DNA of 64,000 nucleotides from Planctomycetota bacterium. Lineage in GTDB: Bacteria > Planctomycetota > B15-G4 > SIAN01. Below are positions 27,745 through 37,680 of the stretch, one piece after another. Position 1 is the stretch's first letter; the number at the start of each line of letters is the position of its first letter. Below the pieces are notes generated by a model. It ran no database searches. It had not been told where the DNA came from and saw only the letters and a program-made list of their open reading frames with translations. The DNA is taken from positions 1 to 64,000 of the forward strand of contig JAEUIC010000023.1 of assembly GCA_016795285.1 (NCBI GenBank), in the 5' to 3' direction. A program made the position numbers and the translations under genes.

Positions 27745-30075
27745 TCAGTACGGGTTGGCTGGCGCGAGTTCCCATGCGTCGACGCGGCGCACCGCGGCCG
27801 CGCCGCCCCGCGTGCGCAGGAAGAGGCCGGCGCTGTCGGCGCGGGTCGGATAGACGCGCCGCGTGATCGCTTGGCGGTCGTTGGCGAAGAGCTCGACGAC
27901 GGAACGATCGACGAAGAGGCGCAGCTGCAGCGGCTCGCCGGGCGCCAGCGCGAACGGAGCGCGCTCGATCGCGCGCCGCCCGTCGCCGCCGCTGCGCGTC
28001 GAATCGAAGACCAGCTCGCCGGCGCGGGCGTCGTAGTAGAGCAGCGTCTCCTCGGCGCCGTCGGGTGACGCGCGCACGACCAGCGCGACGCGATCGGCCT
28101 CCTCGGCGGCGATCTCGACGGCGAGCTCGCACGAGGTGCCGTCCACCCCCTCGATCCGCTGGTCCACGCCGTCGCGCAGCGCGACCGCGGTCTGCGTGCG
28201 CCGCTCGCCGCGCAGCTGCTCGAGCTCCTCCACCGGCGCCTGGCGAAGCGTCCCGTCCTCGCCGAGCCAGAGCGTGCGCGGCAGGCCGTAGACGCCCGAC
28301 CAGCCGCGCGCGCGCTCCCCCTGCGGATTGTCGAGCAGCCACGCCCAGAGGAGCTGTCGGCCGCGACCGTCGATCAGCGCTTCGGGGGCGAAGAAGGTGT
28401 TGTCGACCCAGGTCATGCGCCCGTGCTGCTCGGGGTGGAAACGCTGGTCGCGGTAGGTGCCGACGTAGTACTGGCAGCCCTTGTTGTGCGAGATGAACGC
28501 GAGCAGGTGCTTGCCGCTCGGCGGCCCTCCCGCGCGGCTGCTCGGCAGCGGGAGGAACGACGGGCACATGTTGTCTTCGCTGCGGTCGGTCCACTCGGCG
28601 CGCCGCTCGTAGAAGACGTGGCGGTAGCTCCAATTCACGAGGTCGGGCGAGGTCCAGAGGTAGAGGCGATCGCCCTGGGTCTCCGGCGGCGCATCGACGG
28701 CGCGCCCGATCCGATCGAGCACCAGCAGGTTGCCGGTCAGCACGTGGTAGAGGCCGTCCTGCTTCCAGAGGTTCGACGGGTCCGCCGAGCCGAGCAGCAG
28801 CGGCCGCCCCTCCAGGTCGCGCGTCTCGGTGACGCCGAACGCCGTCGAGCGGATCACCGGATTCGCGGCGCTCTTCTGCCAGCGATCGAGGTCGCGGCTC
28901 GACGCCAGGCCGATCCCCTTCGCGCCCCAGAGCATCCAGTAGCTGAGATGCACCGTGCCGTCGTCGTCGACGAAGGCGCCGCCGCTGAAGCAGCCGTCGT
29001 CGCCGTCGCCCGGTCCGATCGCGTCGGGATGGTGGCGCCAGTGGACGAGGTCGGCGCTCGAGACGTGGCCCCACCAGAAGCCCGCGCCGCGCCGCTCGTA
29101 GAGGTACATCAGGTGGTAGCGGCCGTCGCGATGGAAGGCGCCGTTCGGGTCGCCCGGGATGCCGAGGTCTTCGGGCAGGCAGAAGTGCCAGCGCGGTCGA
29201 TGCGGGTCGGCGAGGAGGCGCTCGCGGAGGAGGCGCGTCGAGCGCAGCACGGCGTCGGGGACTGGCCCCGTCTCCGACCAGCTGCGTGGCACGGCGACCG
29301 CGCTGCGCGCCTCGTCGCCGCGCGCGCGCTGGATCACCGTCGCGCCGGCGCCGCCGAGCACGAGGCAACCGTCGGCGACCCGCGCGTCGCCCACCAGCTC
29401 GATCGTGCGGAAGCGGCCGCTCTTCTCGCGGAGCCCCTCGCCGGCGAAGTCCCACCACGCCCACGGCGCGCGCTCGCCATCGGGCGTCCCCGCGCGCAGC
29501 GCAGCGATCGCCGTCCCGGAGAGCGCCTCGGCGTAGATGCGCGCCTCGCGGATGCGACCGGTGAACGAGTGCTGCGGATCGCCCGCATCGAGGTGGCGCC
29601 GGCCGAAGAGCACGGCGCACTGCGGGCCGTAGCTCGGCGGCGCCTCGGCCGCTTCGTGCCGCGCGTAGAGCACGCCGTCGCGCCAGAGCTCGACCTCGCG
29701 ACCGCGCTGCACGAGCGCCAACTGGAGGAAGGTCGTGGGGCTCGCCGTCTCCTCCGCGTAGCTCGCCTGCTCGCGCTGCGTCCGGCGGAACCCCTCGCTC
29801 CCCGCCATCCAGCGGCGCGGCTCGATCTCGCCGAAGACGATCGCGTCGAAGCGGCCCGCCTCGTCGTCGATGGTGAACGCGCTGCCGGCGCGTTGCGCGA
29901 GGTCCGCCGGCGCGCACCAGACGACCAGCGTCCGATCGGCGAGCTGCTGCGGCGCCGCGCGCGCGAGCGCGAGGGCGGACGCCAGCACCACGACGAGGAG
30001 AGCGCGCGCGGCGCGGCGAAGGGTGTACGAGTGGAGTTGGTGCATGGGCGCGATGGTACGCGGCGCGCCGCGCAC
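27745..30075 (-). CDS. Glycoside hydrolase family 32 protein (beta-fructofuranosidase/levanase-like) with an N-terminal accessory domain
   Basis: WHFCLPEDLGIPGDPNGAFHRDGRYHLMY (the WMNDPNG-type nucleophile motif), an FSGGA region and the acid/base ECP-like motif NMCPSF. Signal-like N-terminus. 776 aa. Confidence 0.65.
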   Translation of the reverse strand: MRGAPRTIAPMHQLHSYTLRRAARALLVVVLASALALARAAPQQLADRTLVVWCAPADLAQRAGSAFTIDDEAGRFDAIVFGEIEPRRWMAGSEGFRRTQREQASYAEETASPTTFLQLALVQRGREVELWRDGVLYARHEAAEAPPSYGPQCAVLFGRRHLDAGDPQHSFTGRIREARIYAEALSGTAIAALRAGTPDGERAPWAWWDFAGEGLREKSGRFRTIELVGDARVADGCLVLGGAGATVIQRARGDEARSAVAVPRSWSETGPVPDAVLRSTRLLRERLLADPHRPRWHFCLPEDLGIPGDPNGAFHRDGRYHLMYLYERRGAGFWWGHVSSADLVHWRHHPDAIGPGDGDDGCFSGGAFVDDDGTVHLSYWMLWGAKGIGLASSRDLDRWQKSAANPVIRSTAFGVTETRDLEGRPLLLGSADPSNLWKQDGLYHVLTGNLLVLDRIGRAVDAPPETQGDRLYLWTSPDLVNWSYRHVFYERRAEWTDRSEDNMCPSFLPLPSSRAGGPPSGKHLLAFISHNKGCQYYVGTYRDQRFHPEQHGRMTWVDNTFFAPEALIDGRGRQLLWAWLLDNPQGERARGWSGVYGLPRTLWLGEDGTLRQAPVEELEQLRGERRTQTAVALRDGVDQRIEGVDGTSCELAVEIAAEEADRVALVVRASPDGAEETLLYYDARAGELVFDSTRSGGDGRRAIERAPFALAPGEPLQLRLFVDRSVVELFANDRQAITRRVYPTRADSAGLFLRTRGGAAAVRRVDAWELAPANPY

Positions 30076-30115
30076 GGCCGGTCCGCGGAACGCGTGGATC
30101 AGCGGAGCGCGTGGG

Positions 30116-30787
30116 TCAGCTGACCGCGCCGCCCGTCTCCTGCCGATCGCCGCGCGCCACCGAGAGCGCCGTCTCGATCGTCCGCACCACCGCCCGCTCC
30201 ATCAGGTCGAGCGGCAGGCCGGGAGCGCCGGGGTGGCGCGCCGCCTGCTCGTCGCTGTACGGCACGTGGACGAAGCCGGCGCGCACGTCATCGCGCCGCG
30301 AGAGCGCGTGCAGCAGCGCATAGAAGACGTGGTTGCAGACGAAGGTGCCGGCCGTCTGCGAGACGGCGGCCGGGATCGAATCGGCGCGCAGCGCATGGAC
30401 GATCGCCTTGATCGGCAGCGTCGCGAAGTAGGCGGCGGGGCCGTCGGCGACGATCGGCAGGTCGATCGGCTGCGCGCCGTAGTTGTCGGGGATGCGCGCG
30501 TCGTCGACGTTGATGGCGACCCGCTCGAGGCTGATCTCGGCGCGGCCGCCCGCCTGCCCGAGCGCCACCACCAGCTGCGGCGCCGCATCGGCCAGCGCCG
30601 CATGCAGCGCCTCGCGCGCCGCCCCGAAGCGGCACGGCAGCACGCGGCCGACCACGCGGTGGCCCGCGACGACGCGGCCGTCGAGCCGCTGCGCCAGCTC
30701 CTGCGACGGGTTGGTCGCCTCGCCGCCGAACGGCTCGAAGCCGGTCACCAGCACCGTGCCTGCTCGCTGCGTTCTGCGCGTCGCCAT
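30116..30787 (-). CDS. pcp: Pyroglutamyl-peptidase I (pyrrolidone-carboxylate peptidase)
   Basis: [17 protein letters not shown] near the N-terminus; catalytic Cys in [11 protein letters not shown]. Start chosen at MATRR (30787). Confidence 0.8.
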   Translation of the reverse strand: MATRRTQRAGTVLVTGFEPFGGEATNPSQELAQRLDGRVVAGHRVVGRVLPCRFGAAREALHAALADAAPQLVVALGQAGGRAEISLERVAINVDDARIPDNYGAQPIDLPIVADGPAAYFATLPIKAIVHALRADSIPAAVSQTAGTFVCNHVFYALLHALSRRDDVRAGFVHVPYSDEQAARHPGAPGLPLDLMERAVVRTIETALSVARGDRQETGGAVS

Positions 30788-30823
30788 CGTCCTCGCCCTC
30801 CCGCGCGGCGCGGCCGCCACCGC

Positions 30824-31798
30824 TCAGCGGTAGACCAGCGCCCCCATCGCCATCACGTTGAAGAGCCAGCAGAGCGCCGCGAAGGGCGCCTGCACCTTCA
30901 AGATCGCGTGGCGATCGTCGAGCTCGAGCAGCACCGCCGGCACCACGTTGAAGTTGGCCGCCATCGGCGTGACCAGCGTCCCGCAGTAGCCCGAGAGCAT
31001 GCCGAACGCCCCCATGATCGCCGGGTCGCCGCCGTACTGCTGCACGATGAACGGGATGCCGATGCCCAACGTCAGCACCGGGAACGCCGCGAAGGCGTTG
31101 CCCATCAGCACCGTGAAGAGCGTCATCCCGCCGCAGTAGAGGACCACGGCCAGCAGCGGCGCGCCGTCGGGCAGCAGCTCCTTCGCGCCGCCCGCGATCA
31201 CGTCGCCGACGCCGCTCTTCGCGAAGATCCCGCCGAGCGCCGCCAGCATCTGCGGCAGGATCAGCGCCCAACCGAGCTCCTGCAGCAGCCGCCCGCCCGC
31301 TCGCAACGGCGCCCGCGGACCGGCGCGCGTGAGCGGCAGCGCCAGCAGCAAGGCCGCGACGACGCCGAGCCCGAGCGCGACCGTCGTCGCCTGCTTCGGA
31401 TCGACGAGCCGCCCGCCCTCCCACGTGATGCGCGGCAGGAGCAGCGCACCGCCCGCCGCCACCAGCGCCAGCAAGAGCGGCGGCCAGAGCAGCCGCGCGC
31501 GCAGCCGCAGCGACTCGGCGAGGCGGGCCGCGCCATCGATCGCCACGCGCCGCGGCGCGCCGACCTGCTTCGTCGCCGCCAACGCGACCAGCGCCACCAC
31601 GCAGCCGCCCACCAGCGGCGGCGGCAGCTTGCGGCCGACGAGGAACGTGAGCGCCAGCAGCGCCCAGAACGCCGCGCTGCCGATGCGGCGCGGATGGTCG
31701 CGATCGCGCGCGATCGAGAACGCGACGCACAGCAGGATCACCCCCGCCAGCGCGTGGAACGCCTCGACCGGCAGCCAAGTGGTGAGCAGCAGCGTCAC
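30824..31798 (-). CDS. DUF979-family membrane protein (pcp-associated)
   Basis: Polytopic membrane protein of 324 aa immediately upstream of pcp. GTG start at 31798, overlapping the DUF969 stop as GTGA. The Arg-rich N-terminal extension in the ORF track is an artefact. Confidence 0.55.
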   Translation of the reverse strand: MTLLLTTWLPVEAFHALAGVILLCVAFSIARDRDHPRRIGSAAFWALLALTFLVGRKLPPPLVGGCVVALVALAATKQVGAPRRVAIDGAARLAESLRLRARLLWPPLLLALVAAGGALLLPRITWEGGRLVDPKQATTVALGLGVVAALLLALPLTRAGPRAPLRAGGRLLQELGWALILPQMLAALGGIFAKSGVGDVIAGGAKELLPDGAPLLAVVLYCGGMTLFTVLMGNAFAAFPVLTLGIGIPFIVQQYGGDPAIMGAFGMLSGYCGTLVTPMAANFNVVPAVLLELDDRHAILKVQAPFAALCWLFNVMAMGALVYR

Positions 31799-32547
31799 GG
31801 CGCGCGCTCCGCGGCGGCGCGCGCGGCGTGCTGCTCGATCGCGCGATCGAGGCGGCGGAAGCGCCACGCGCCGAGCAGCAGCGCGAAGAGCGCCGTCGGC
31901 AGCCCCCACGCGCCGAGCGCCGCGACCGAGACGGCGATGCCGGCCGACTCGAAGACCCCCTTCATCAGCAGCACCGGGCCGATCGCCACCACGATGTCGT
32001 CGGCGAAGAAGTTGCCCCAGTTCTCGGCCGCCGCCGCGTGGGCGCGCAGCTCTTGGCGCAGCGGCGCCGGCAGCGGAACGGGCGGCGACGCGCGCGCGCC
32101 GCTCGCCTCCGCCGCCGCTTCCGCCATCGGCGCCACCAGCGGCCGGATCATCTGCGCATGGCCGCCGAGGTTGATCCCGAACATGCTGCTCAACTCGCGC
32201 AGCAGCTGGTAGGCCAGCAGGATGCGCCCCGCCGTCGCCTTGCCCGCCGCGCGGATCAGCGCCGCCGCGCGCTCCTGCAGGCCGTGCTCCTCGAGCAGCC
32301 CGATCAGCGGCATCAGCAGCACGATCGGCAGCGTGGTGAAGAGGTTGTCGACGAAGAGCGTGCCGATCAGCCCGAGCAGCTCGAGCGGCCCGATGCCCGC
32401 CGCGAAGCCGGTCGCCACGCCCGCCACCAGCAGCACCAGCAGCGGATGGAGGCGCAGCGCGAAGCCGGCCGCGACCACCGCGACGCCGATCAGCTTCAGC
32501 GCCTCGCGCCACGGGCCGGCCTGCGCGGGCAGCTCGGGCAGCTCCAT
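31795..32547 (-). CDS. DUF969-family membrane protein (pcp-associated)
   Basis: 250-aa polytopic membrane protein starting MELPELPAQ at 32547. Its ATG overlaps the pxpA stop (ATGA). Confidence 0.55.
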   Translation of the reverse strand: MELPELPAQAGPWREALKLIGVAVVAAGFALRLHPLLVLLVAGVATGFAAGIGPLELLGLIGTLFVDNLFTTLPIVLLMPLIGLLEEHGLQERAAALIRAAGKATAGRILLAYQLLRELSSMFGINLGGHAQMIRPLVAPMAEAAAEASGARASPPVPLPAPLRQELRAHAAAAENWGNFFADDIVVAIGPVLLMKGVFESAGIAVSVAALGAWGLPTALFALLLGAWRFRRLDRAIEQHAARAAAERAP

Positions 32548-33317
32548 CAGCGCGGCTCGCCTTCGCGGCGCGGCGCCGCCAGCACGACGCCGCACGCCGC
32601 GAGCTCGCGCCGCAGCCGCCGCGCGAAGGCGAGCGCGTGGGGCGAGTCGCCGTGCAGGCAGAGCGTCTCGGCGCGCACCGCCACTTCGCCGCCGTCGAGC
32701 GTCGGCGCGACGCCGCGCTCCACCATCGAGCGCACCTGCGCGACCGCCTGCGCCTCGTCCTCGATCAGCGCTCCCGCCCGCCCGCGCGGCACCAGCGTCC
32801 CGTCGCGCTGGTAGGCGCGATCGGCGAAGACCTCGCGCACGAACGGCACGCGCGCCGCCACGCACGCTCGCTCGAGCGCGCTCCCGGCCGGCCCGACCAT
32901 GTGGAGCGCGCGCTGCAACCGGGCGATCGTCGCCACGCACGCCGCCGCCAGCGCCTCGTCGCGCGCCACTTGGTGGTAGAGCGCGCCGTGCAGCTTCACG
33001 TGGCGCACGCTCGCCCCCTCGGCCTTCGCCAGCGTGGCGAGCCGCGCGAACTGCGTCTCGAGCAGTGCGGCCAACTCGGCCGGCGCGAGCGGCCGCTCGA
33101 CCCGCCCGAACTGCGCGCGATCGGCGTGGCCGGGATGGGCGCCGACGGCGACGCCGGCCGCGACCGCGCAACGCACCGCCGCGCGCATCGATTGCTCGTC
33201 GCCCGCATGCGCGCCGCATGCGACGTTGGCCGAGGTCAGCAGCGGGATCAGCTGCGCGTCGTCGCCGACCCCTTCGCCGACGTCGCCGTTCAGGTCGAGC
33301 GTGCGCGCGGCGGCCAT
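32547..33317 (-). CDS. pxpA: 5-oxoprolinase subunit A (LamB/YcsF family)
   Basis: DLNGDVGEGVGDDAQLIPLLTSANVACGAHAGD is the hallmark PxpA N-terminal motif. Start MAAARTLDLNGD at 33317. Confidence 0.8.
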   Translation of the reverse strand: MAAARTLDLNGDVGEGVGDDAQLIPLLTSANVACGAHAGDEQSMRAAVRCAVAAGVAVGAHPGHADRAQFGRVERPLAPAELAALLETQFARLATLAKAEGASVRHVKLHGALYHQVARDEALAAACVATIARLQRALHMVGPAGSALERACVAARVPFVREVFADRAYQRDGTLVPRGRAGALIEDEAQAVAQVRSMVERGVAPTLDGGEVAVRAETLCLHGDSPHALAFARRLRRELAACGVVLAAPRREGEPR

Positions 33318-33321
33318 CGCG

Positions 33322-35157
33322 CTACTTCCCGCCGCGCAGCCGCATCGCCACCGAGAGCATCGCCATCGCGCGCTCCTCCTCGTCGGCGAGCGGCGGCGCC
33401 GCCTCGAGCTCGATCCGCTCGAAACGGACCGTGTCGCCCGGCCGCCGTTGCGCGAGGCGACCGAGATCGGCGGCGACGACGTTGGCGATCTTCGGGTAGC
33501 CGCCGATCGTCTGCCGATCGGCCAGCAGCACGATCGGCTGGCCGTCGGGCGGCACCTGGATCGTGCCGGCCGCGACCCCTTCGGAGAGGAGTTCGCGCGG
33601 CTCCGGCAAGAGGAGCGGCGGGCCGTCGAGGCGCACGCCCATCCGATCGGAGCGCACGGTGACCGTGAAGGCGCGCGCCAGCAGCGTGCCCCACGTCTCG
33701 GCGCTGAACCAATCGGCTTGCGGGCCGCGCACGATGCGCAGCGGCGCGCGCAGGTCGCGGCCGCAGAGGTGCGCCGCGTCGACGAACCAGTCGGGCGGCG
33801 TCGCGAGCGGCGATGCGGCGAGCGAAGGCGCCGCGCCCTTCGCACGGGGCGTCGCCCGCGAGCGCGCGCGGGGCGGCGCCACGCCGCAGAGCCGGTCGCC
33901 CGCTTGCAGCACGCGGCCGCCGAGCCCGCCGAAGCGGGCGCGCAGATCGGTGCCGCAACCACCGAGCACCGGCTCGACCGCGAAGCCGCCCGCCACCGCG
34001 AGGTAACCGCGTGCCCCGCGCGTCACCGTCCGCAGATCGAGCAGCGTGCCCGCGGCGACCTCGAGCGGCCGGCCGCCCGCAAGGCCGGCGACGCTCGCGC
34101 CGGTGACGGCGATCTTGAGCGCGTGCAGCGTGCGCAGTTGCGGACCGACCAGCGCGAACTCGAGGCAGGGCGCGTCGTCGCGATTGCCGAGCAGGCGGTT
34201 GGCGAGCCGCAGCGCTTGCGGGTCGACGGCGCCGCCCGGCGTGATGCCATGGCGCTGCAAGCCGGGGCGCCCGAGATCCTGCAGCGTCGACTGCGGACCG
34301 GCGTCGAGCACCTCGAGCAGCGGCGCGGCGGGCGCGTCGGCTCGGCGGGCCGGGTCGCGGCGCGCGCGGGCGGGCAGCCGCGCAGGCGACGACGCGGGAG
34401 CGGCGGCGGCAGCAGCATCGGCGACGCTGCGCAGCCGGCGGCGGAAGGTGGCGGCATTGATCGGCTCGAAGCGGACGCGATCGCCGAGCGACAGGAGCGT
34501 CGCGGGCGCGCGCGCCGGCTCGAAGAGGGCGAGCGGCGTGCGGCCGATCAGCTGCCAGCCGCCCGGCGACTCGATCGGATAGATGCCGGTCTGCGCGCCG
34601 CCGATGGCGACGCTGCCGGCCGGCACCGCGACGCGCGGCGAGGGGCGACGCGCCACCGCCAGCGCCGCCGGCAACCCGGCGAGGTAGGGGAAGCCGGGCG
34701 TGAAGCCGATGGCGCGCACCGCGTAGCGACCTGCCGCGTGCGCCTCGATGACGTCGGCCGGCGCGAGCCTGCAGACCGCCGCCACGTGGTCGAGATCGGG
34801 CCCGAACGAGCCGCCGTAGACGACCGGGACCAGCCGCTCGGGCGCCGTGCCAGCGACGACGCCGGTCACCGCCGCCGCGCGCGCCTCGATCGCGCGCACC
34901 CGCTCCGCGAACGAGCGGCCGGCGGCCGGGAGCGGCGCAGCGTCGCGCGCGGTGCTGCTGCCGGCGAAATGGACCGTGATGGTCGCATTGGCCGGCACCA
35001 CATCGACCACGCCCGGCAGCGGCGGCTCCTGCAACGCCGCCGCGAGCGCCTGCACGCGCGCCGCCGTCGCCTCGTCGACGACCGTCCCGACGCGGACCAA
35101 CACCGCCGACTCGCCGAGCGGAACGCAGTCGAGAGAACCTTGGTCGAGTGGCGGCAT
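33322..35157 (-). CDS. pxpBC: Fused 5-oxoprolinase subunits B and C (KipI/KipA, allophanate-hydrolase-like subunits 1 and 2)
   Basis: N-terminal KipI-like half (FTPGFPYLAGL) and C-terminal KipA-like half (QTIGGYPKIANVVAADL). Start MPPLDQG at 35157; 612 aa. Confidence 0.75.
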   Translation of the reverse strand: MPPLDQGSLDCVPLGESAVLVRVGTVVDEATAARVQALAAALQEPPLPGVVDVVPANATITVHFAGSSTARDAAPLPAAGRSFAERVRAIEARAAAVTGVVAGTAPERLVPVVYGGSFGPDLDHVAAVCRLAPADVIEAHAAGRYAVRAIGFTPGFPYLAGLPAALAVARRPSPRVAVPAGSVAIGGAQTGIYPIESPGGWQLIGRTPLALFEPARAPATLLSLGDRVRFEPINAATFRRRLRSVADAAAAAAPASSPARLPARARRDPARRADAPAAPLLEVLDAGPQSTLQDLGRPGLQRHGITPGGAVDPQALRLANRLLGNRDDAPCLEFALVGPQLRTLHALKIAVTGASVAGLAGGRPLEVAAGTLLDLRTVTRGARGYLAVAGGFAVEPVLGGCGTDLRARFGGLGGRVLQAGDRLCGVAPPRARSRATPRAKGAAPSLAASPLATPPDWFVDAAHLCGRDLRAPLRIVRGPQADWFSAETWGTLLARAFTVTVRSDRMGVRLDGPPLLLPEPRELLSEGVAAGTIQVPPDGQPIVLLADRQTIGGYPKIANVVAADLGRLAQRRPGDTVRFERIELEAAPPLADEEERAMAMLSVAMRLRGGK

Positions 35158-35403
35158 GTTCAGCTCGTGATCGGCAGATGCGCAGGAAGGGCGTGGAACG
35201 AGGTCACCGACGCCTGCTCCGATCGACCACCCTCGAGGCAGCGGCGAGCCGTTGCCGGAGACGTCGGCCTGATCGAAGTGGGGTCGTTGCGGCGGCAGCA
35301 TGCCGTCCCTTCCTCGGGGAGGACACGGTCCTCGACCCAGACTCATGGAAGGGAGACGCGGCGTTCGAGGCGAGCAGCGTCCCGCGTCGACCGCGATGGC
35401 ACG

Positions 35404-37071
35404 TCAGCGGAGCGTCAACTCCAGCTCCTCTTCGCTTCCGCTCGCGAGCTGGCATCGGACCGTCTCAGATCGCCGCCCGCCGCCGGAGGTCACCGCGAAC
35501 AGCGATACCTCCCCCGACTTCACGCGATCGAACTCGAACTGGCCGTCCTTCCCCGATACCGCGCGTTGCTCGGTCGTTCGGCCCTGGAGGATCACTTCGA
35601 CCCCCGTCATCGCGCTCCCTGCGGAGTCGACCGTCCGGCCGCGCACACGGGCGACTCGCTCCATGACGAGGTCGGGTGCGATGGACGCCTCGCGCCGCGC
35701 GACGACCTCGAGCCGGAGCTCCTCCACACAAAGGTGGTCTTTCCCAGCTCCCAAGATGAGGATCGCTCCGGCCGGAACGCCTTCGAGCACGTAACTGCCA
35801 TCGTGCGCGCTGGTCGCCGTCGACTTCAGCGTCACCGCGTTCGAGCGCGCCTCCGGCATCCGCGCGATCGCCGTCATGCCGGCCATCGGCTTCCCATCGG
35901 CGTCGCGAATCACGCCACGGACTTCGTAGCCCGCGTCGAAAACGAGGCTCGGAAGGCTGGTCTCGATCCCCGGTTCGATGACCACCCTGCCAGCACGCAA
36001 GGGCACGAGGCGCTCGACCGTCACGATCACGTCGTACTCACCCGGCGCGAGCCCCTCGAGGCGGAACGCTCGCTCCTCGAGCGGCGTCTCGCGCACGAGC
36101 GGCTCCCCCGAGTTCGCGGGCGGTCGGGTGAGCGTCACCCACATGCGACCGCGGTCCGGTCCGCTGTCGGCTCGCACGCGCCCCGTCAACACGCCCGACC
36201 GGGTCAGCACCAGCCGGACATCGGTGCGACCCGAGAGGATGCGCGTCTCGAGGGGCACGTATCCGGGGCATTGCACCTCGATCGTGTAGTCGCCGCGAGT
36301 CAGCCCCGGCAACGCGAACGCTCCGATCGAGTCGGTCGTGCCGGCCCAGACGAACGGGCGATTCCTCGGGTCGAGCGACCGAGCCGTGAGACTCGCCGAG
36401 GCGACTCCACGCCCCTCGGAGTCGACCACGAGTCCCGCGAGCGGCTCGGCGATCGAGAGCCTGAAGTCGAACCGTTCGAGTTCACCGACTGGGGCCTGAT
36501 GCCGCTCGACGAGCAGCGTCCCGTACCCTTCCTTCGCCACCTCGATCACGATGAACTGCAGCTCGTGCTCGATGGAGAAGCGCCCCTCCGAGTCGCTGAC
36601 GCCACTGGCGGAAGGACCCGACGCGAGTGCCGCCGCGTCGGGCGGCCGCCGGTTGAACAGTCGCACGTTCGCGAGCTCAACCACCCGAACCGTCGCCCCC
36701 TCGATCGGCCGCCCACCCACATCGGCGACCGTGCCAACGAGGCGTCTTCCACCGGGCGGAACGCTCGGCTCTTCCGGCACCTCGGCCCGCACGGCGGTCG
36801 GCTCATCGACGGCGGCGGCCGACGGCGCTGCCGAGCGCGCCGCGGCGGCGATCTCGGCGATCTCGGCGGCGGCCGGAGCGACGGCGGGATCCTGCGAGCC
36901 GGCTGGTTCGGTGCCCCCGGCATGCGGACCGATTGCCTCCCCGCGACCGCTCCCCCAGAACAGACGTCCAAGCCCGAAGCCGAGGAGAAGCATGAGAAGC
37001 AGTGGCATCCCACGAGCCCACACGCTCTTCCCGTGCTCTGCACTGCGCATGGTCGCTGCTCCTCCCGCCAC
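35404..37071 (-). CDS. Membrane-anchored protein with repeated carboxypeptidase-regulatory-like (CarbopepD_reg) domains
   Basis: Signal-anchor (MPLLLMLLLGFGLG), then repeated segments with GxVxDxxGxPIxGAxV and SDSEGRFSI-type motifs. Confidence 0.5.
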   Translation of the reverse strand: MAGGAATMRSAEHGKSVWARGMPLLLMLLLGFGLGRLFWGSGRGEAIGPHAGGTEPAGSQDPAVAPAAAEIAEIAAAARSAAPSAAAVDEPTAVRAEVPEEPSVPPGGRRLVGTVADVGGRPIEGATVRVVELANVRLFNRRPPDAAALASGPSASGVSDSEGRFSIEHELQFIVIEVAKEGYGTLLVERHQAPVGELERFDFRLSIAEPLAGLVVDSEGRGVASASLTARSLDPRNRPFVWAGTTDSIGAFALPGLTRGDYTIEVQCPGYVPLETRILSGRTDVRLVLTRSGVLTGRVRADSGPDRGRMWVTLTRPPANSGEPLVRETPLEERAFRLEGLAPGEYDVIVTVERLVPLRAGRVVIEPGIETSLPSLVFDAGYEVRGVIRDADGKPMAGMTAIARMPEARSNAVTLKSTATSAHDGSYVLEGVPAGAILILGAGKDHLCVEELRLEVVARREASIAPDLVMERVARVRGRTVDSAGSAMTGVEVILQGRTTEQRAVSGKDGQFEFDRVKSGEVSLFAVTSGGGRRSETVRCQLASGSEEELELTLR

Positions 37072-37163
37072 TCAGCGGCTGGAGCGTAGGCGCGCAACAG
37101 GGAACCTTGCATCCGACACGACCGAACGCGGTCGGGAGGGGCGGGTCGCGAACTCCGCCCCGC

Positions 37164-37421
37164 TCACACGGTCCGCTTGCGGACGTGGGTCGGGCGCATG
37201 GCGGGGGCCTGCTTGGTGCGGCCGGCGAAGCCCTCGCGGCGAGCGGTGGCGTCGCCCTGCTTCTGCGCCTTGGCGGCTTCGTCGCCGTCGAGCGTGTCGG
37301 TCAGCGCGGCGTTCTCGGCGGCCAGCGCTTCGCCGCGCTTCGCCTCGTCCTTCGCCTCGCAGCACTTCTTGTACTTCTGCCCGGAACCACACGGGCAGGG
37401 ATCGTTGCGACCGGTCTTCAT
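37164..37421 (-). CDS. Small SEC-C motif protein
   Basis: [21 protein letters not shown] is a SEC-C metal-binding motif; 85 aa. Confidence 0.6.
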   Translation of the reverse strand: MKTGRNDPCPCGSGQKYKKCCEAKDEAKRGEALAAENAALTDTLDGDEAAKAQKQGDATARREGFAGRTKQAPAMRPTHVRKRTV

Positions 37422-37680
37422 GGCGTCACCTCGGGAGCGGCGGGCCGGCGGCGGCGCGGCGGGATCGATCGCGGGATCGATCGCCTGCCCGCAGCGCGCT
37501 CGGCTCGGTTCAGGCCAAGAGAGTAGGCGAACATCGTCACCGCGCCCGGGGCGGAATCAACCGGGCGGCGAGGGCGGCGCGCTCGGAGCGGTCGCGCGCG
37601 GCGGGCGCGGCGGGAATATCGGACCGCGCGGCGCTCGTCTGGTGGCAGGCGACGCCCGACCCCTCCCGCGACCGGAGCCG

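Noticed and set aside
33034-37089. 1351-aa plus-strand ORF across the pxp and CarboxypepD_reg genes
   Set aside because: It is antisense to genes with clear PxpA/PxpBC signatures, and its composition is Arg/Asp-rich low complexity.
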